Shown here: piece by piece, positions 37,009-46,758 of the stretch | Numbering within the stretch: the first letter of the stretch is position 1 | How the letters are laid out: every line of letters starts with the position of its first letter | IMG/VR virus record: IMGVR_UViG_3300017714_002351 | Coordinates: 1-60,236 of that record | Reading direction: 5' to 3' (one strand) | Origin: a virus | Lineage: Duplodnaviria > Caudoviricetes | Length of the DNA: 60,236 nt | Translations under genes and position numbers: made by a program | The notes under the pieces: generated by a model | Seen by the model: only the letters and a program-made list of their open reading frames with translations | Database searches by the model: none | What the model was told of the DNA's origin: nothing

Positions 37009-37410
37009 ATGGAACCTGTAATCAATTTAATCACTCCACCTGATAAACTGTATAACGGTAATTTAAGTTTTCTTTTGGTAAGTCCTAGTGACGATAAGAA
37101 AGAACAGTTTAATCAAATGGCCAAAAGGATTGGCCAGGATCTAAATGTTTACTTGTTTGATAAAACCGAGACAGATGTGCCTTGGTTATTAGACGTAGGT
37201 CAAGAAGTTGATCATATTATATTAGACATTGACAATATCCCACAAGAGTATCAATGGCTTATTGGATACTTTTTATCCTTTAACAAAACTTTTTACTTGA
37301 CAAGTGCCGAACAAATGTCGTATAATGTAATTAACACTAGACGGATTTATGACGTTGGACAAATTGCAGAGGAGAACGATAGCTTTGTCAAATTTCAAGG
37401 AAAGACCTAA
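37009..37410 (+). CDS. Hypothetical protein
   Basis: INLITPPDKL; ATG 5 nt after TAAGTA. Confidence 0.7.
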   Translation: MEPVINLITPPDKLYNGNLSFLLVSPSDDKKEQFNQMAKRIGQDLNVYLFDKTETDVPWLLDVGQEVDHIILDIDNIPQEYQWLIGYFLSFNKTFYLTSAEQMSYNVINTRRIYDVGQIAEENDSFVKFQGKT

Positions 37411-37621
37411 AAGTGGGTTGACCGTTCAAGTTCGTAACAACGACTTTTTCGGTGCATTAAGAAAATTTAAAAAACGAGTTTCGCAGGATGGTATTTTGAT
37501 GGAGTACAAAGACAAACGTTATTATCAAAAACCTAGCGAGAAACGAGCAAAGGCTAAGGCGGCTGGTATTGCTCGACAAAGAAAAGAAGATCGTCGTCGT
37601 AGATTAGAGGAAGGATATTAA
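37385..37621 (+). CDS. rpsU: Ribosomal protein bS21, copy 1 (start uncertain, TTG after GAGGAG)
   Basis: VQVRNNDFFGALRKFKKRV...YYQKPSEKR. Confidence 0.85.
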   Translation: MSNFKERPKSGLTVQVRNNDFFGALRKFKKRVSQDGILMEYKDKRYYQKPSEKRAKAKAAGIARQRKEDRRRRLEEGY

Positions 37622-38223
37622 TGGAACTTAAAGCGGACTTATGGTTTCCAAGTATTGTATTTGCAGGAATTAACGATGAAATAAATCGTACTGCACTTAA
37701 GAATATTGCACTAGCTTGGAGAAACAAAGAACCTGAACTTGCTGGCAACAGTAACGAAGGTGGCTGGCATAGTCGATCAATTGAAAATGTTGATTTACTT
37801 CCGCCTGATATCCGTGACCCATTAACACAGATGGTTGTTGAATTAGATAAAGCAATAGAGTATTGCAGAACATCAGCAGGCTTTCCTCCATTAGAAATGC
37901 AGAATTTCTGGATTAACGTGAATGGTCCAGGTGCATACCACACATTACATAATCATCAAGATGCTATGTTGAGTGGTGTGTTTTATATTGATGTACCCAC
38001 AGACAATATGGGTGACTTACAATTTTATCGTGGAGACGAAGCACAGTATTACATTCCAGATAATCTTAGCACATACAATACAATCACAAGTACAATGGCT
38101 ACGTATCCGCCTAAACCAGGTATGGTTGTTATTTTCCCATCATGGGTTAAACACGCCGTGAAGCAAAATAGGTCAGACGCAGAACGTATAGCAATATCAT
38201 TTAATTATGGAGCGAAACGATGA
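37621..38223 (+). CDS. 2OG-Fe(II) oxygenase-like protein (TIGR02466-like)
   Basis: SNEGGWHS, WINVN, HNH, LSGVFY, IFPSWVKHAV, RIAISFN. Confidence 0.85.
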   Translation: MELKADLWFPSIVFAGINDEINRTALKNIALAWRNKEPELAGNSNEGGWHSRSIENVDLLPPDIRDPLTQMVVELDKAIEYCRTSAGFPPLEMQNFWINVNGPGAYHTLHNHQDAMLSGVFYIDVPTDNMGDLQFYRGDEAQYYIPDNLSTYNTITSTMATYPPKPGMVVIFPSWVKHAVKQNRSDAERIAISFNYGAKR

Positions 38224-39335
38224 GAATAGAACAAGACATTAAGTTGGACTACAAAGACGTACTGTTTAAACCTAAAAGATCAAAATTAGAAAGCAGACGT
38301 GATGTCGACTTAACTCGAACGTTTAAGTTTCATCACGGTAATGAATGGACCGGAGTACCTATCATGTCAAGTAACATGGACGGAGTTGGTACATTTGAGA
38401 TGGCAAAGGTATTACAGGATCACAAGATGATTACTGTAATGAGAAAACATTATTCCGTAGAAGACTGGAAAGAACAGAGCCAAGGTGTTAAGATGAAGTA
38501 CCTAAGTGTTTGTACAGGTACAGGAGTTATTTGGGATAAAGATGCAAAAGACTATGCTACTATGAAAGCAGTATTAGAAATGTATCCAGACATTAAATTT
38601 ATTACAGTTGATGTTGCAAATGCTTATCATGAAAACTATGCAGACTTTATTGCACGTTTACGTGATGCATATCCAGACAAAACTATTATTGCTGGTAATG
38701 TTATTTCAGCAGAGATGACAGAAGAACTTATTATTAAAGGTGCTGACATTGTTAAGTGTGGTATTGGTCCAGGATCAGTATGTACTACACGACTAATGAC
38801 AGGTGTTGGTGTGCCACAACTATCAGGCATTATTGAATGTGCTGATGCGGCCAACGGTATTGGTGGACACATTATTGCTGATGGCGGTTGTGTGTATCCA
38901 GGAGATGTAAGTAAAGCCTTTGGAGCAGGTGCTCACTTTGTTATGCTTGGCGGTATGTTAGCAGGACACAAAGAAGGTGGCGGCAACATTATTACAAAAC
39001 ATACTGCAACAGGTGGTGCTCACAAGTTAGACAACGGAACTTATGTTCCACGATTTGAAGAACAAAACTTTGTTGAGTTTTACGGTATGAGTTCAGATGC
39101 GGCAATGGCAACACATGGTACACGTAAAGATGGATACCGTGGAGCAGAAGGTAAACTTGTTTCTATTCCTTACAAAGGAGAAGTAGAAGGTACACTAACA
39201 GAAATACTTGGCGGACTAAGATCCACTTGCACATACATTGGTGCAAAACGTATTAAAGATATGCCTAAGTGTACTACATTCGTAAGATGTACACAACAGG
39301 TTAACCAAGTGTTCAATCAGTACAATGCAAGTTAG
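38220..39335 (+). CDS. guaC: GMP reductase
   Basis: MRIEQDIKLDYKDVL, NMDGVGTFEMA, GIGPGSVCTTR, FYGMSS, YRGAEGK. Confidence 0.95.
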   Translation: MRIEQDIKLDYKDVLFKPKRSKLESRRDVDLTRTFKFHHGNEWTGVPIMSSNMDGVGTFEMAKVLQDHKMITVMRKHYSVEDWKEQSQGVKMKYLSVCTGTGVIWDKDAKDYATMKAVLEMYPDIKFITVDVANAYHENYADFIARLRDAYPDKTIIAGNVISAEMTEELIIKGADIVKCGIGPGSVCTTRLMTGVGVPQLSGIIECADAANGIGGHIIADGGCVYPGDVSKAFGAGAHFVMLGGMLAGHKEGGGNIITKHTATGGAHKLDNGTYVPRFEEQNFVEFYGMSSDAAMATHGTRKDGYRGAEGKLVSIPYKGEVEGTLTEILGGLRSTCTYIGAKRIKDMPKCTTFVRCTQQVNQVFNQYNAS

Positions 39336-39879
39336 CACACACAAGGTTCCGTTTGTACACACAATAATTAACAACTTCTTTGACGATGCAGAACTTCCAA
39401 GTGTATTTTCTGAAATAAACTATCTTAATAAACACAGCCAGGATACACAAGACAATGGTGATCCTAAAAGCAGTAACATGACTGCCGTGCATTTAGATAA
39501 GCACTACAAGGAAGATAGACACGTCAGCAGTATTCTTAGATACAACAGAAAGATATTTAATATTGACCTGTCCGACAATGTGTTTAGTAACTATATCAAG
39601 ATGTGTAATTTTGATGTAACACAACTGAACTGTTATAATGGAGATGGTAGTTATGCTCCGCACCCAGACCTTGCAGTTATGTCAGCAGTAACATTATTAC
39701 ATGAAGACCCCAAGCAGTATACAGGAGGAGAGCTATGTTTCAGTGACTATGACTATACTCCTAAGATGGAAAACAATACAACTATACTGTTTCCTAGCTT
39801 CGAGCAACACGAAGTAAAGCACATTAAAGGCTCAGGCCGTTATAGCTTAAATCAGTTCTTTTTCGTTCATATCAAGTAA
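39325..39879 (+). CDS. 2OG-Fe(II) oxygenase
   Basis: HPD, YTGGEL, LFPSFEQHEV, RYS. Confidence 0.8.
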   Translation: MQVSTHKVPFVHTIINNFFDDAELPSVFSEINYLNKHSQDTQDNGDPKSSNMTAVHLDKHYKEDRHVSSILRYNRKIFNIDLSDNVFSNYIKMCNFDVTQLNCYNGDGSYAPHPDLAVMSAVTLLHEDPKQYTGGELCFSDYDYTPKMENNTTILFPSFEQHEVKHIKGSGRYSLNQFFFVHIK

Positions 39880-39949
39880 TTTGGTTACATTTATACTTGT
39901 AAATTGACCTATTTTAGCATATAATTCGTATAGTAGTATAAATACTAAT

Positions 39950-40014
39950 ATGTTAAAGAATGCTTGATAGGTTCTTTCAACATTTAACTTGCTTAATAAA
40001 GGAGACATATAATG
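39950..40014 (+). promoter_or_regulatory. ROSE-like RNA thermometer in hsp20 leader
   Basis: CTTGCTT-AATA-AAGGAG pairs the SD with a bulged G (UUGCU motif); upstream hairpin ATGTTAAAGAA...TTCTTTCAACAT. Confidence 0.6.
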
Positions 40015-40452
40015 ACAAGACATCAACATCTATCAATTTTTAATCAACTAAGACCAGTAACAGTAGGGTTTGATCCTATCTTTGATCACTTCGAAAGAAT
40101 GTTTGACAACGATACGTTAATGACACCATCTGTTAATTACCCACCTTACAATATTGTAAAAACAGGTGAATACACCTACAATATTGAAGTAGCCCTTGCA
40201 GGCTTCAACAAGAAGGATATTGAAGTTAAGTACGCAGATAATACTTTAGAAATCAAATCCATTCATGAGAAGGAAGAAGCTAAAGAAGGCACACTACACC
40301 AAGGTATTAGCAAAAGACACTTTACTAGATCTTTTACTATTGCTGAAGATGTGGAAGTAAAAGGTGCGGAACTTAAAGACGGTCTTTTACAAGTTGAACT
40401 GGAAAAGATTATTCCAGATAGCAAAAAACCAAGAACTATTAGCATTAAGTAG
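40012..40452 (+). CDS. Small heat-shock protein Hsp20 (IbpA-like)
   Basis: NYPPYNI, IEVALAGF, HQGISKRHFTRSF, AELKDGLL. Confidence 0.95.
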   Translation: MTRHQHLSIFNQLRPVTVGFDPIFDHFERMFDNDTLMTPSVNYPPYNIVKTGEYTYNIEVALAGFNKKDIEVKYADNTLEIKSIHEKEEAKEGTLHQGISKRHFTRSFTIAEDVEVKGAELKDGLLQVELEKIIPDSKKPRTISIK

Positions 40453-40464
40453 TTCAAAACGGAA

Positions 40465-40503
40465 TGAGTGGGGACACAACTTCTATGTTACTCTCCCCAC
40501 TCA
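40465..40503 (+). terminator. Hairpin between hsp20 and clpS
   Basis: GAGTGGGGA...TCCCCACTC. Confidence 0.55.
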
Positions 40504-40527
40504 CTTCTAATTCTCAGGAGCGATTCA

Positions 40528-40836
40528 ATGATAAGTAATGTTATGGACGTACAAATAGACGAAAAAATTAAGCAACAAATCTTAGAGCCAGGAATGTTCA
40601 AAGTTGTTTTCTTAAATGACGACCAAACACCAATGGACTTCGTGATTGAGTGCCTTATCGGAATATTTAAACATACAGACGAAACGGCAAGAGACCTTAC
40701 TGTAAAAATACATGAAGAAGGGTCAGCGATAGTTGGAGTATTCACTTTTGAAATAGCAGAACAAAAAGGAATCGAAACTACGCAGTTGGCTCGCTCAAAC
40801 GGCTTTCCATTACAAGTGAAAGTTGAGAAAGAATGA
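40528..40836 (+). CDS. clpS: Clp protease N-end-rule adaptor
   Basis: KVVFLNDDQTPMDFVI...IHEEGSAIVG...EIAEQK...GFPL. Confidence 0.93.
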   Translation: MISNVMDVQIDEKIKQQILEPGMFKVVFLNDDQTPMDFVIECLIGIFKHTDETARDLTVKIHEEGSAIVGVFTFEIAEQKGIETTQLARSNGFPLQVKVEKE

Positions 40837-41378
40837 GCCTTAAAGAATTAACATACGAACATCATCGTAATGCAGAAAGACAACAGTTTGTAAAAGTACT
40901 AATGAGCGGACATATAGATCCGAAACTATATGCTACCTTTATGTACAATCAGCATCAACAATATAATATTTTAGAAGTATGTTCCATGTCACATGGATTA
41001 ATGAACGGTCTAATGGATATTAGACGAGCTCCAAACATCTGGGCAGACTATGAAGAACTGTGGGAAGACAAAGACAATCCACCTGAGCTTTTATCTGTTA
41101 CTAAAGAATATGCAGATCATATCATGAGCATAAAAGATGATGAAAAGAAATTGTTCGCACACATTTATACTAGGCACATGGGTGACCTAAGTGGTGGACA
41201 GATGATCCGTAAAAAGATTCCAGGAAGTGGCACACTATATAATTTCGAAAACGGTCCAGCTCTTAAAGAATTAATTAGAGAACGTTTAGATGATAGTATG
41301 GCTGATGAGGCAAAGATTTGTTTTGACTTTGCTACTAAAACTTTTCAGGAATTGATGGATGTCAAACTCACAAGTTAA
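40833..41378 (+). CDS. Heme oxygenase (biliverdin-producing, phage HemO-like)
   Basis: LKELTYEHHRNAE (axial His), AHIYTRHMGDLSGGQMI. Confidence 0.9.
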   Translation: MSLKELTYEHHRNAERQQFVKVLMSGHIDPKLYATFMYNQHQQYNILEVCSMSHGLMNGLMDIRRAPNIWADYEELWEDKDNPPELLSVTKEYADHIMSIKDDEKKLFAHIYTRHMGDLSGGQMIRKKIPGSGTLYNFENGPALKELIRERLDDSMADEAKICFDFATKTFQELMDVKLTS

Positions 41379-42855
41379 AAAAATTGTTATAGTTGGAGGA
41401 GGTAGTGCAGGTTGGCTCACAGCCGCTTATGCCCTATACAATTTACCCAACACACAAATCACACTAATAGAAAGTCCTAACATACCTATAGTAGGAGTAG
41501 GTGAAGCTACTATACTTGGCTTCGACCATTACCTAACTGACTGTGGTATACCAACCGAACTGTGGACAAAGGAATGTGATGCAACTATTAAACTAGGCAC
41601 ATACTTTCCTAACTGGAGAGATGATGGTAAAAACATTTGGCAACCTTTTTACTTTCCAATTGAAAAAGCACAAACAGGTAACTGGCATGATGTAATAGAC
41701 TTATGTCGAGATGCTAATGTTCCTTTTGAAGATTACGAAAAGTGGACTGCTTGGTATGACATCAGTGTTAAGGATAAGAAGATTGCAGGTAACACAACTG
41801 CCTGTGGTAGTGAAGCTCATGTAGGTTATCATTTAGATGCAGTTAAACTAGCAAACTTCTTAAGCGAATATCTTAATAAGAAGTATCCAAGGTTAAAACA
41901 TATTAAAGCACACATAGATAAGCCTGTTATAAAAGATGGAAACATTGAACACGTTGTATTAGAGAACGATGAAATAGTCACTGGAGACTTCTTTGTTGAC
42001 TGTACAGGATTTAAAAGATTACTTTCAAATGCACTAGGCAACAGTAAATGGGTTGACAGAAGCCATATGTTGTTTACAAATGCCGCAGTGGCATCACAGA
42101 TTAGTTATGAAACAGAAGATGAACCGCAGGTACCTTATGTAACTGCACAGGCTTGTGACCACGGATGGATATGGAAAACTCCTGTTAAAGATAGAATAGG
42201 TAGTGGACTTTGTTACAACAGTGATATAACAACTAAACAAGAAGCAGAAGATTACTTTGTACAACATTGGGGAGAACATAGATTAAGAACAGGTAAGTTT
42301 AATCATGTACCTTTCAAACCAGAGTACAATGCAAACAACTGGCGTGGCAACTGTTTTAGTGTAGGACTAGCAAGTGGATTTATTGAACCACTCGAGTCAA
42401 CAGGACTTGCACTATTAGTAATAGGTAGTTCAGCACTACACTATATGAAAAAAGGTTACTATGAACAGGCAGACGTAGATAGATTTAACGAGGACATGAG
42501 TAACGTGTACGAAGATAGCATGGGCTTTGTTGCACTACATTATTTTAGCAATCCAAGACAGAGTAAGTTTTGGAGACACGTTGAAGAAAACTTTAAAGAA
42601 ACTAAAAAGATGGAAGATCTGTGTACAAACTATGCAAGAAACTTTACTCCCACAGTAGATGAACAGTTCTTTCCACGCAACACAGAAATATTTCAAGACA
42701 TCAATTGGAAGCTATGGTTAAACACCGTAGGCATTAAAACTGCTACTGCCAATTTAGGTGAAGCAGAGAGCTTAGACCTTTTAAATAGAATGAAGGAAGA
42801 AAACAAGAAAGCTTCTTATCCGGGCTTAACAAACAGACAATGGAGTAACAGGTGA
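41359..42855 (+). CDS. Flavin-dependent tryptophan-halogenase-like protein
   Basis: GGGSAGW, GVGEAT, ATIKLG (catalytic Lys), DCTGF, GWIWKTP, GFIEPLESTG. Confidence 0.88.
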   Translation: MSNSQVKKIVIVGGGSAGWLTAAYALYNLPNTQITLIESPNIPIVGVGEATILGFDHYLTDCGIPTELWTKECDATIKLGTYFPNWRDDGKNIWQPFYFPIEKAQTGNWHDVIDLCRDANVPFEDYEKWTAWYDISVKDKKIAGNTTACGSEAHVGYHLDAVKLANFLSEYLNKKYPRLKHIKAHIDKPVIKDGNIEHVVLENDEIVTGDFFVDCTGFKRLLSNALGNSKWVDRSHMLFTNAAVASQISYETEDEPQVPYVTAQACDHGWIWKTPVKDRIGSGLCYNSDITTKQEAEDYFVQHWGEHRLRTGKFNHVPFKPEYNANNWRGNCFSVGLASGFIEPLESTGLALLVIGSSALHYMKKGYYEQADVDRFNEDMSNVYEDSMGFVALHYFSNPRQSKFWRHVEENFKETKKMEDLCTNYARNFTPTVDEQFFPRNTEIFQDINWKLWLNTVGIKTATANLGEAESLDLLNRMKEENKKASYPGLTNRQWSNR

Positions 42856-43553
42856 GCGAATCAATTATATGGGACACACTAATTAAAACCCAAGACGAGA
42901 TACTTGACATATTTGACAAGTATGCAGAAGAAACAGAAGAAAAGACCTTGAACAAGTTTAATCAGCCTGAGAACGGTTGGTTGAATAGAGTATGGGCAAA
43001 CAAGCACGTTCGAAGAGCTCACATTGACGTTGTTGATGTACGTGAACAAAAAGGTCTGTGGATGATGCACGTATGTTGCTTTCCAACACTAGACAATGGT
43101 GCACCTATATACGGCTTTGATGTTATCGCAGGCAAACGTAAGATGACTGGTGCCTTCCATGACTTTAGTGCATCAAGTGGCGGAGAAGATCATCCGTTGT
43201 GTGAATGGTACTTAGATGCTGTCAAAGATTTTATTCCTAGTAAGAAACGTGAATTACCTGAATGGGCAACAAACATATTCAGTCCAGGCATGATTGCCGC
43301 TGGTAACGTTGCTACAGAAGAAGAAGCACAGGCTATTTGTAAACTTGCAGTTGATAACTTAAAGGTATGGTTTGATAGTGTACCTGAATATGCAGGAGAA
43401 CAAACAGTAGAGTTTACTGCTGGTGCACAGGACTATTACTGTCATAATCAGCAACAGAACCCACATACACCACGTGTTATGAAGTCCTTAGGGCTTAACG
43501 AAGCAGACGTAGATGAATTTTGTACTAATGCCTTGTTTCCTAAAATAGCATAA
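42852..43553 (+). CDS. Ferredoxin-dependent bilin reductase (PcyA/PcyX type)
   Basis: RRAHIDV, MMHVCCFP, PIYGFDVI, RELPEWATNIFS, QDYYCHNQQQNPHTPRVM. Confidence 0.85.
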   Translation: MSESIIWDTLIKTQDEILDIFDKYAEETEEKTLNKFNQPENGWLNRVWANKHVRRAHIDVVDVREQKGLWMMHVCCFPTLDNGAPIYGFDVIAGKRKMTGAFHDFSASSGGEDHPLCEWYLDAVKDFIPSKKRELPEWATNIFSPGMIAAGNVATEEEAQAICKLAVDNLKVWFDSVPEYAGEQTVEFTAGAQDYYCHNQQQNPHTPRVMKSLGLNEADVDEFCTNALFPKIA

Positions 43554-43564
43554 ATACTTGTGTT

Positions 43565-45145
43565 ATGCGATTTTTCGAATTTAAAACAGTATCCAAACCT
43601 ATATTAGAAAGCACTAGAGGTATCAAAGGTGCAGTAGACGATATCAATCTGAAGGGTATGGAAAGTCCTTTTAGTACTGAAGAAGGTGGTAAGTTTATTC
43701 CTACCAACTGTTGGTTCTTTCCATTAGATGAACAAACAGAAAGATACGTTGCAGTAGAAAAAGAAGATGATACAACTGATCCAGATGCTAAAAACGGATC
43801 ATCAGTAGGACCAGCTTCTGTTCATGCAGATGTACAGTTCCAAGAAGATCTAAAGACAGCTGGTATCACAGGTAAACTAATTGAAGCAAACAAAAAGCCA
43901 TTAACCGAGTATGCGGCCATTGTTGTTGAAATAACATCAGACGCAGGTACACTACACTTTGTAAGATATTACAAGAGCAAGACTGCAAACTACATCAAAT
44001 GGGAACTAACTGACTTTATGAGAAACATAGAGCCATTAGGATACAATATTAAAAAGACATTATCAGCAACTGCAAACAAGGCACACCCTAACGTAAGGTT
44101 CTTTCCAAATAGATTAGGTGTTACAGATGGTCCTATGGACATATCAGCAGTAGCAGAAAGAATTAGAAGTTCAGAGCTATTCCCTAAAGATGTTCCACCA
44201 GAAGAAAGACCAATCATTGCAGACATAATAGAAAACTTAGATACATCCATGCCTGCAACAAAGGACTACAAAGGTAACTACGAAATTCAAATAGGTGAGA
44301 TTGCAGGACCTATTGCACTATCACAAGGATCAAGCATGGTCGGAGGTGCAGTAGCAGAAGCACAGGAACAACTGTTACAGGTTATTGAACCAGGACTTAC
44401 TTGGCAGGCTATGAAAACTGTAGAGTATCCAGCAGACGAATCACAAAAACTTATTGACAGTTTTATTATATCTCCTAAGGGAGCAAAGATAGGTATTAGT
44501 GCTAAAGATGGTAAAGGTGGTGCGAAGGCAAGTGCCGTTAGTATTGCAGAAACTATTGATAACAAACCAGACGTAATTAAATTAAAGAACAAAAACTTCT
44601 TTACAGAATTTAAAGAGTACTTGGGTTGGATGGAAACAATTAAGGAAAAAGATAAGAAGTATCAAGTTTACAAACTAGCAACTAGATTAGGTATGATTAA
44701 TGAAGCCGAACTAGATGCACTTAAAAAACTAGTTGACGATCCATCTAGTTGGAATAATGAAGAAAGAATTAAACAAGCAGTACCAAGACACTATGATGAA
44801 TACATGAATTCAAATGTGTATCGTCCTAAAGACGCAACTTTACAAAATGCCAAGTACAGAAAGCTATGGCACTTCACAACAACACTTGCTAAAAACGTTG
44901 CGGCACAGATGAACAACGATCCTGATAACCTAAACAGATTCTTTAAGACTGTGTTAGAAAGCTCTAACATGATCCAAATAAAAAGCACGTTCCAAATGCA
45001 GGGTGACGACAAAGGTAAGTTTACCAAAATGCTTGTAATTTATCCACCAGTATTTGATGGTAGAATAAAGTTTGATGCTGGTAAAGAGTTTTATGCTAAT
45101 ATGAACTTGCCGGGTTCAATGGGCTTTGGTTTCGCTAGAAAATAG
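43565..45145 (+). CDS. Putative internal head protein, possible PD-(D/E)XK-like nuclease
   Basis: MRFFEF...ILE|S leader; late promoter; LIDSF...IGISAK resembles a nuclease motif. Confidence 0.5.
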   Translation: MRFFEFKTVSKPILESTRGIKGAVDDINLKGMESPFSTEEGGKFIPTNCWFFPLDEQTERYVAVEKEDDTTDPDAKNGSSVGPASVHADVQFQEDLKTAGITGKLIEANKKPLTEYAAIVVEITSDAGTLHFVRYYKSKTANYIKWELTDFMRNIEPLGYNIKKTLSATANKAHPNVRFFPNRLGVTDGPMDISAVAERIRSSELFPKDVPPEERPIIADIIENLDTSMPATKDYKGNYEIQIGEIAGPIALSQGSSMVGGAVAEAQEQLLQVIEPGLTWQAMKTVEYPADESQKLIDSFIISPKGAKIGISAKDGKGGAKASAVSIAETIDNKPDVIKLKNKNFFTEFKEYLGWMETIKEKDKKYQVYKLATRLGMINEAELDALKKLVDDPSSWNNEERIKQAVPRHYDEYMNSNVYRPKDATLQNAKYRKLWHFTTTLAKNVAAQMNNDPDNLNRFFKTVLESSNMIQIKSTFQMQGDDKGKFTKMLVIYPPVFDGRIKFDAGKEFYANMNLPGSMGFGFARK

Positions 45146-45491
45146 CAATAGTAATAATTAAATAATATCCTAAGAAGTGTAGTATTTGGTCAAACATATT
45201 CAATACCCAAAACTGCCTTTGATTATTCTTCCAACCGTACTTTTCACGTATATTCGTCTTAAAATAGTCTATATGCCAGTGTAGTATGTAATCAAGTATT
45301 CCAAGCAACACAGAGACCTCTATGCTAGTGTAAAGCGCCATTACAAGCATTGTTAACACCCCATGTGGTATGTAATGTTGCTTATGTGCCGCCCAACCAA
45401 AATATCTTAATTTGGTTGCTCCTAGTCCAAAGGGTTGAAAACCCAAATCAACTATTGCGTGTTTTATCATTAATAAAAGGAAAATTTCCAC
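45135..45491 (-). CDS. DUF3307 family membrane protein
   Basis: KHAIVD...Q, H..HG, HWHIDYFK, DQILH. Confidence 0.8.
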   Translation of the reverse strand: MEIFLLLMIKHAIVDLGFQPFGLGATKLRYFGWAAHKQHYIPHGVLTMLVMALYTSIEVSVLLGILDYILHWHIDYFKTNIREKYGWKNNQRQFWVLNMFDQILHFLGYYLIITIAIF

Positions 45492-45577
45492 TTGACTAAA
45501 CCTTGTTTGTTTGCTATATTTAGTTAGAGTAATAATTAATAGTAGTAGAAAGAAAAAGTAATATAGTAGAGAAACAT

Positions 45578-45769
45578 ATGATACACAAGATATCTGAATT
45601 TTGCGACAAGATTGATTCTATCAAAGCTATGGCTGATAAGCTACGTGACATGAAGTACAACACGCCTAAGGCTGATACTAGTGAAATAGACAATATGATC
45701 CAGTCCATACAGACAGACTGTTTGTTAGTTGCTAACGATAAACAGAAGTATGCGAAGTCGTCAGATTAA
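45578..45769 (+). CDS. Small hypothetical protein
   Basis: After TTGACT-17-TATATT promoter (45492..45520). Confidence 0.65.
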   Translation: MIHKISEFCDKIDSIKAMADKLRDMKYNTPKADTSEIDNMIQSIQTDCLLVANDKQKYAKSSD

Positions 45770-46133
45770 TAAATTTACGCAGAAAGCGGAAGTGAACTGA
45801 TAAAGAATCAAAAAGCTCTTTGTTCATACCGTAAGAAATGCGATTATAACTACTTTGACCTATACCAATATAGTAGTCGATATCGATACCATATGTGGGA
45901 AACACACCCGTAACAAATAAACAGTTATCTCCAAGACTCTTAGCATCTCTGCTATTCCTTAATTCTAAATAATATTCAGCAAAACTAGTATCTGGTAGGA
46001 AGTCTGGTTTATCAACTTTGTCCGCGAGAAGCATAACAACATAAGACTCAAGTTCTACAGGTAGAGTGTAACCACTTGACTCCTGGGTGTCTTTTACAAG
46101 CCCATAAAAGGCGCTTTGATAAAAGTCCTTCAT
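45732..46133 (-). CDS. Hypothetical protein
   Basis: ATG 5 nt after TAAATA; LGDNCLFVTGVFP. Confidence 0.7.
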   Translation of the reverse strand: MKDFYQSAFYGLVKDTQESSGYTLPVELESYVVMLLADKVDKPDFLPDTSFAEYYLELRNSRDAKSLGDNCLFVTGVFPTYGIDIDYYIGIGQSSYNRISYGMNKELFDSLSVHFRFLRKFINLTTSHTSVYR

Positions 46134-46208
46134 ACAAGTATTTACTTTATTTTGGCAACATAGTTTTTAAACCATTGAAAAACCTACATTTATCTCGAAC
46201 CTAAAAGG

Positions 46209-46237
46209 TTGACTTTCTGGCAAAATTTGTATATAAT
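46209..46237 (+). promoter_or_regulatory. Sigma70-like promoter
   Basis: TTGACT-17-TATAAT. Confidence 0.75.
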
Positions 46238-46266
46238 ATATATTACAATCAACAAAGGGTGAATTA

Positions 46267-46740
46267 ATGGAAGTTAGTATCAAAGGTGGCACAAAATCGC
46301 AAAAGGCTTATGCAAAATCTATCATAGAGTTCTGTGCAGATAAGCTAATGAGTACTAGACTTGCCAATACTCTTACAGTAAAATTACACTTTACTCCACT
46401 ATACGAAAAGCATAGACAAATGGGTAATTGTTCATGGGAAGATGACAGTTATAGGCCCAAAGAATTTACGATAGAAATAGACCCAAGTACTAGACTCAGA
46501 AGGGTGCTAGAAAGCATCTGCCACGAAATGGTACACGTCAAACAGTTCGCCAAGGGAGAAATGCGAGATCTAGCAAGTGCTGAAAAAGTAAGCTGGAATG
46601 GGCAAAAGTACGATATAAGCTCAGATGAGTACTTTGAAAGACCCTGGGAAATAGAAGCACACGGGCGAGAATTGGGTCTTTTTATACGTTGGGCTGAAAA
46701 ACACGAATTAGGACACTTAAAGTGGACACATGATAAATAA
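46267..46740 (+). CDS. Zinc metallopeptidase-like protein (HExxH)
   Basis: CHEMVHVKQ...PWEIEA. Confidence 0.75.
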   Translation: MEVSIKGGTKSQKAYAKSIIEFCADKLMSTRLANTLTVKLHFTPLYEKHRQMGNCSWEDDSYRPKEFTIEIDPSTRLRRVLESICHEMVHVKQFAKGEMRDLASAEKVSWNGQKYDISSDEYFERPWEIEAHGRELGLFIRWAEKHELGHLKWTHDK

Positions 46741-46758
46741 TATAAATTACAGGATTTC

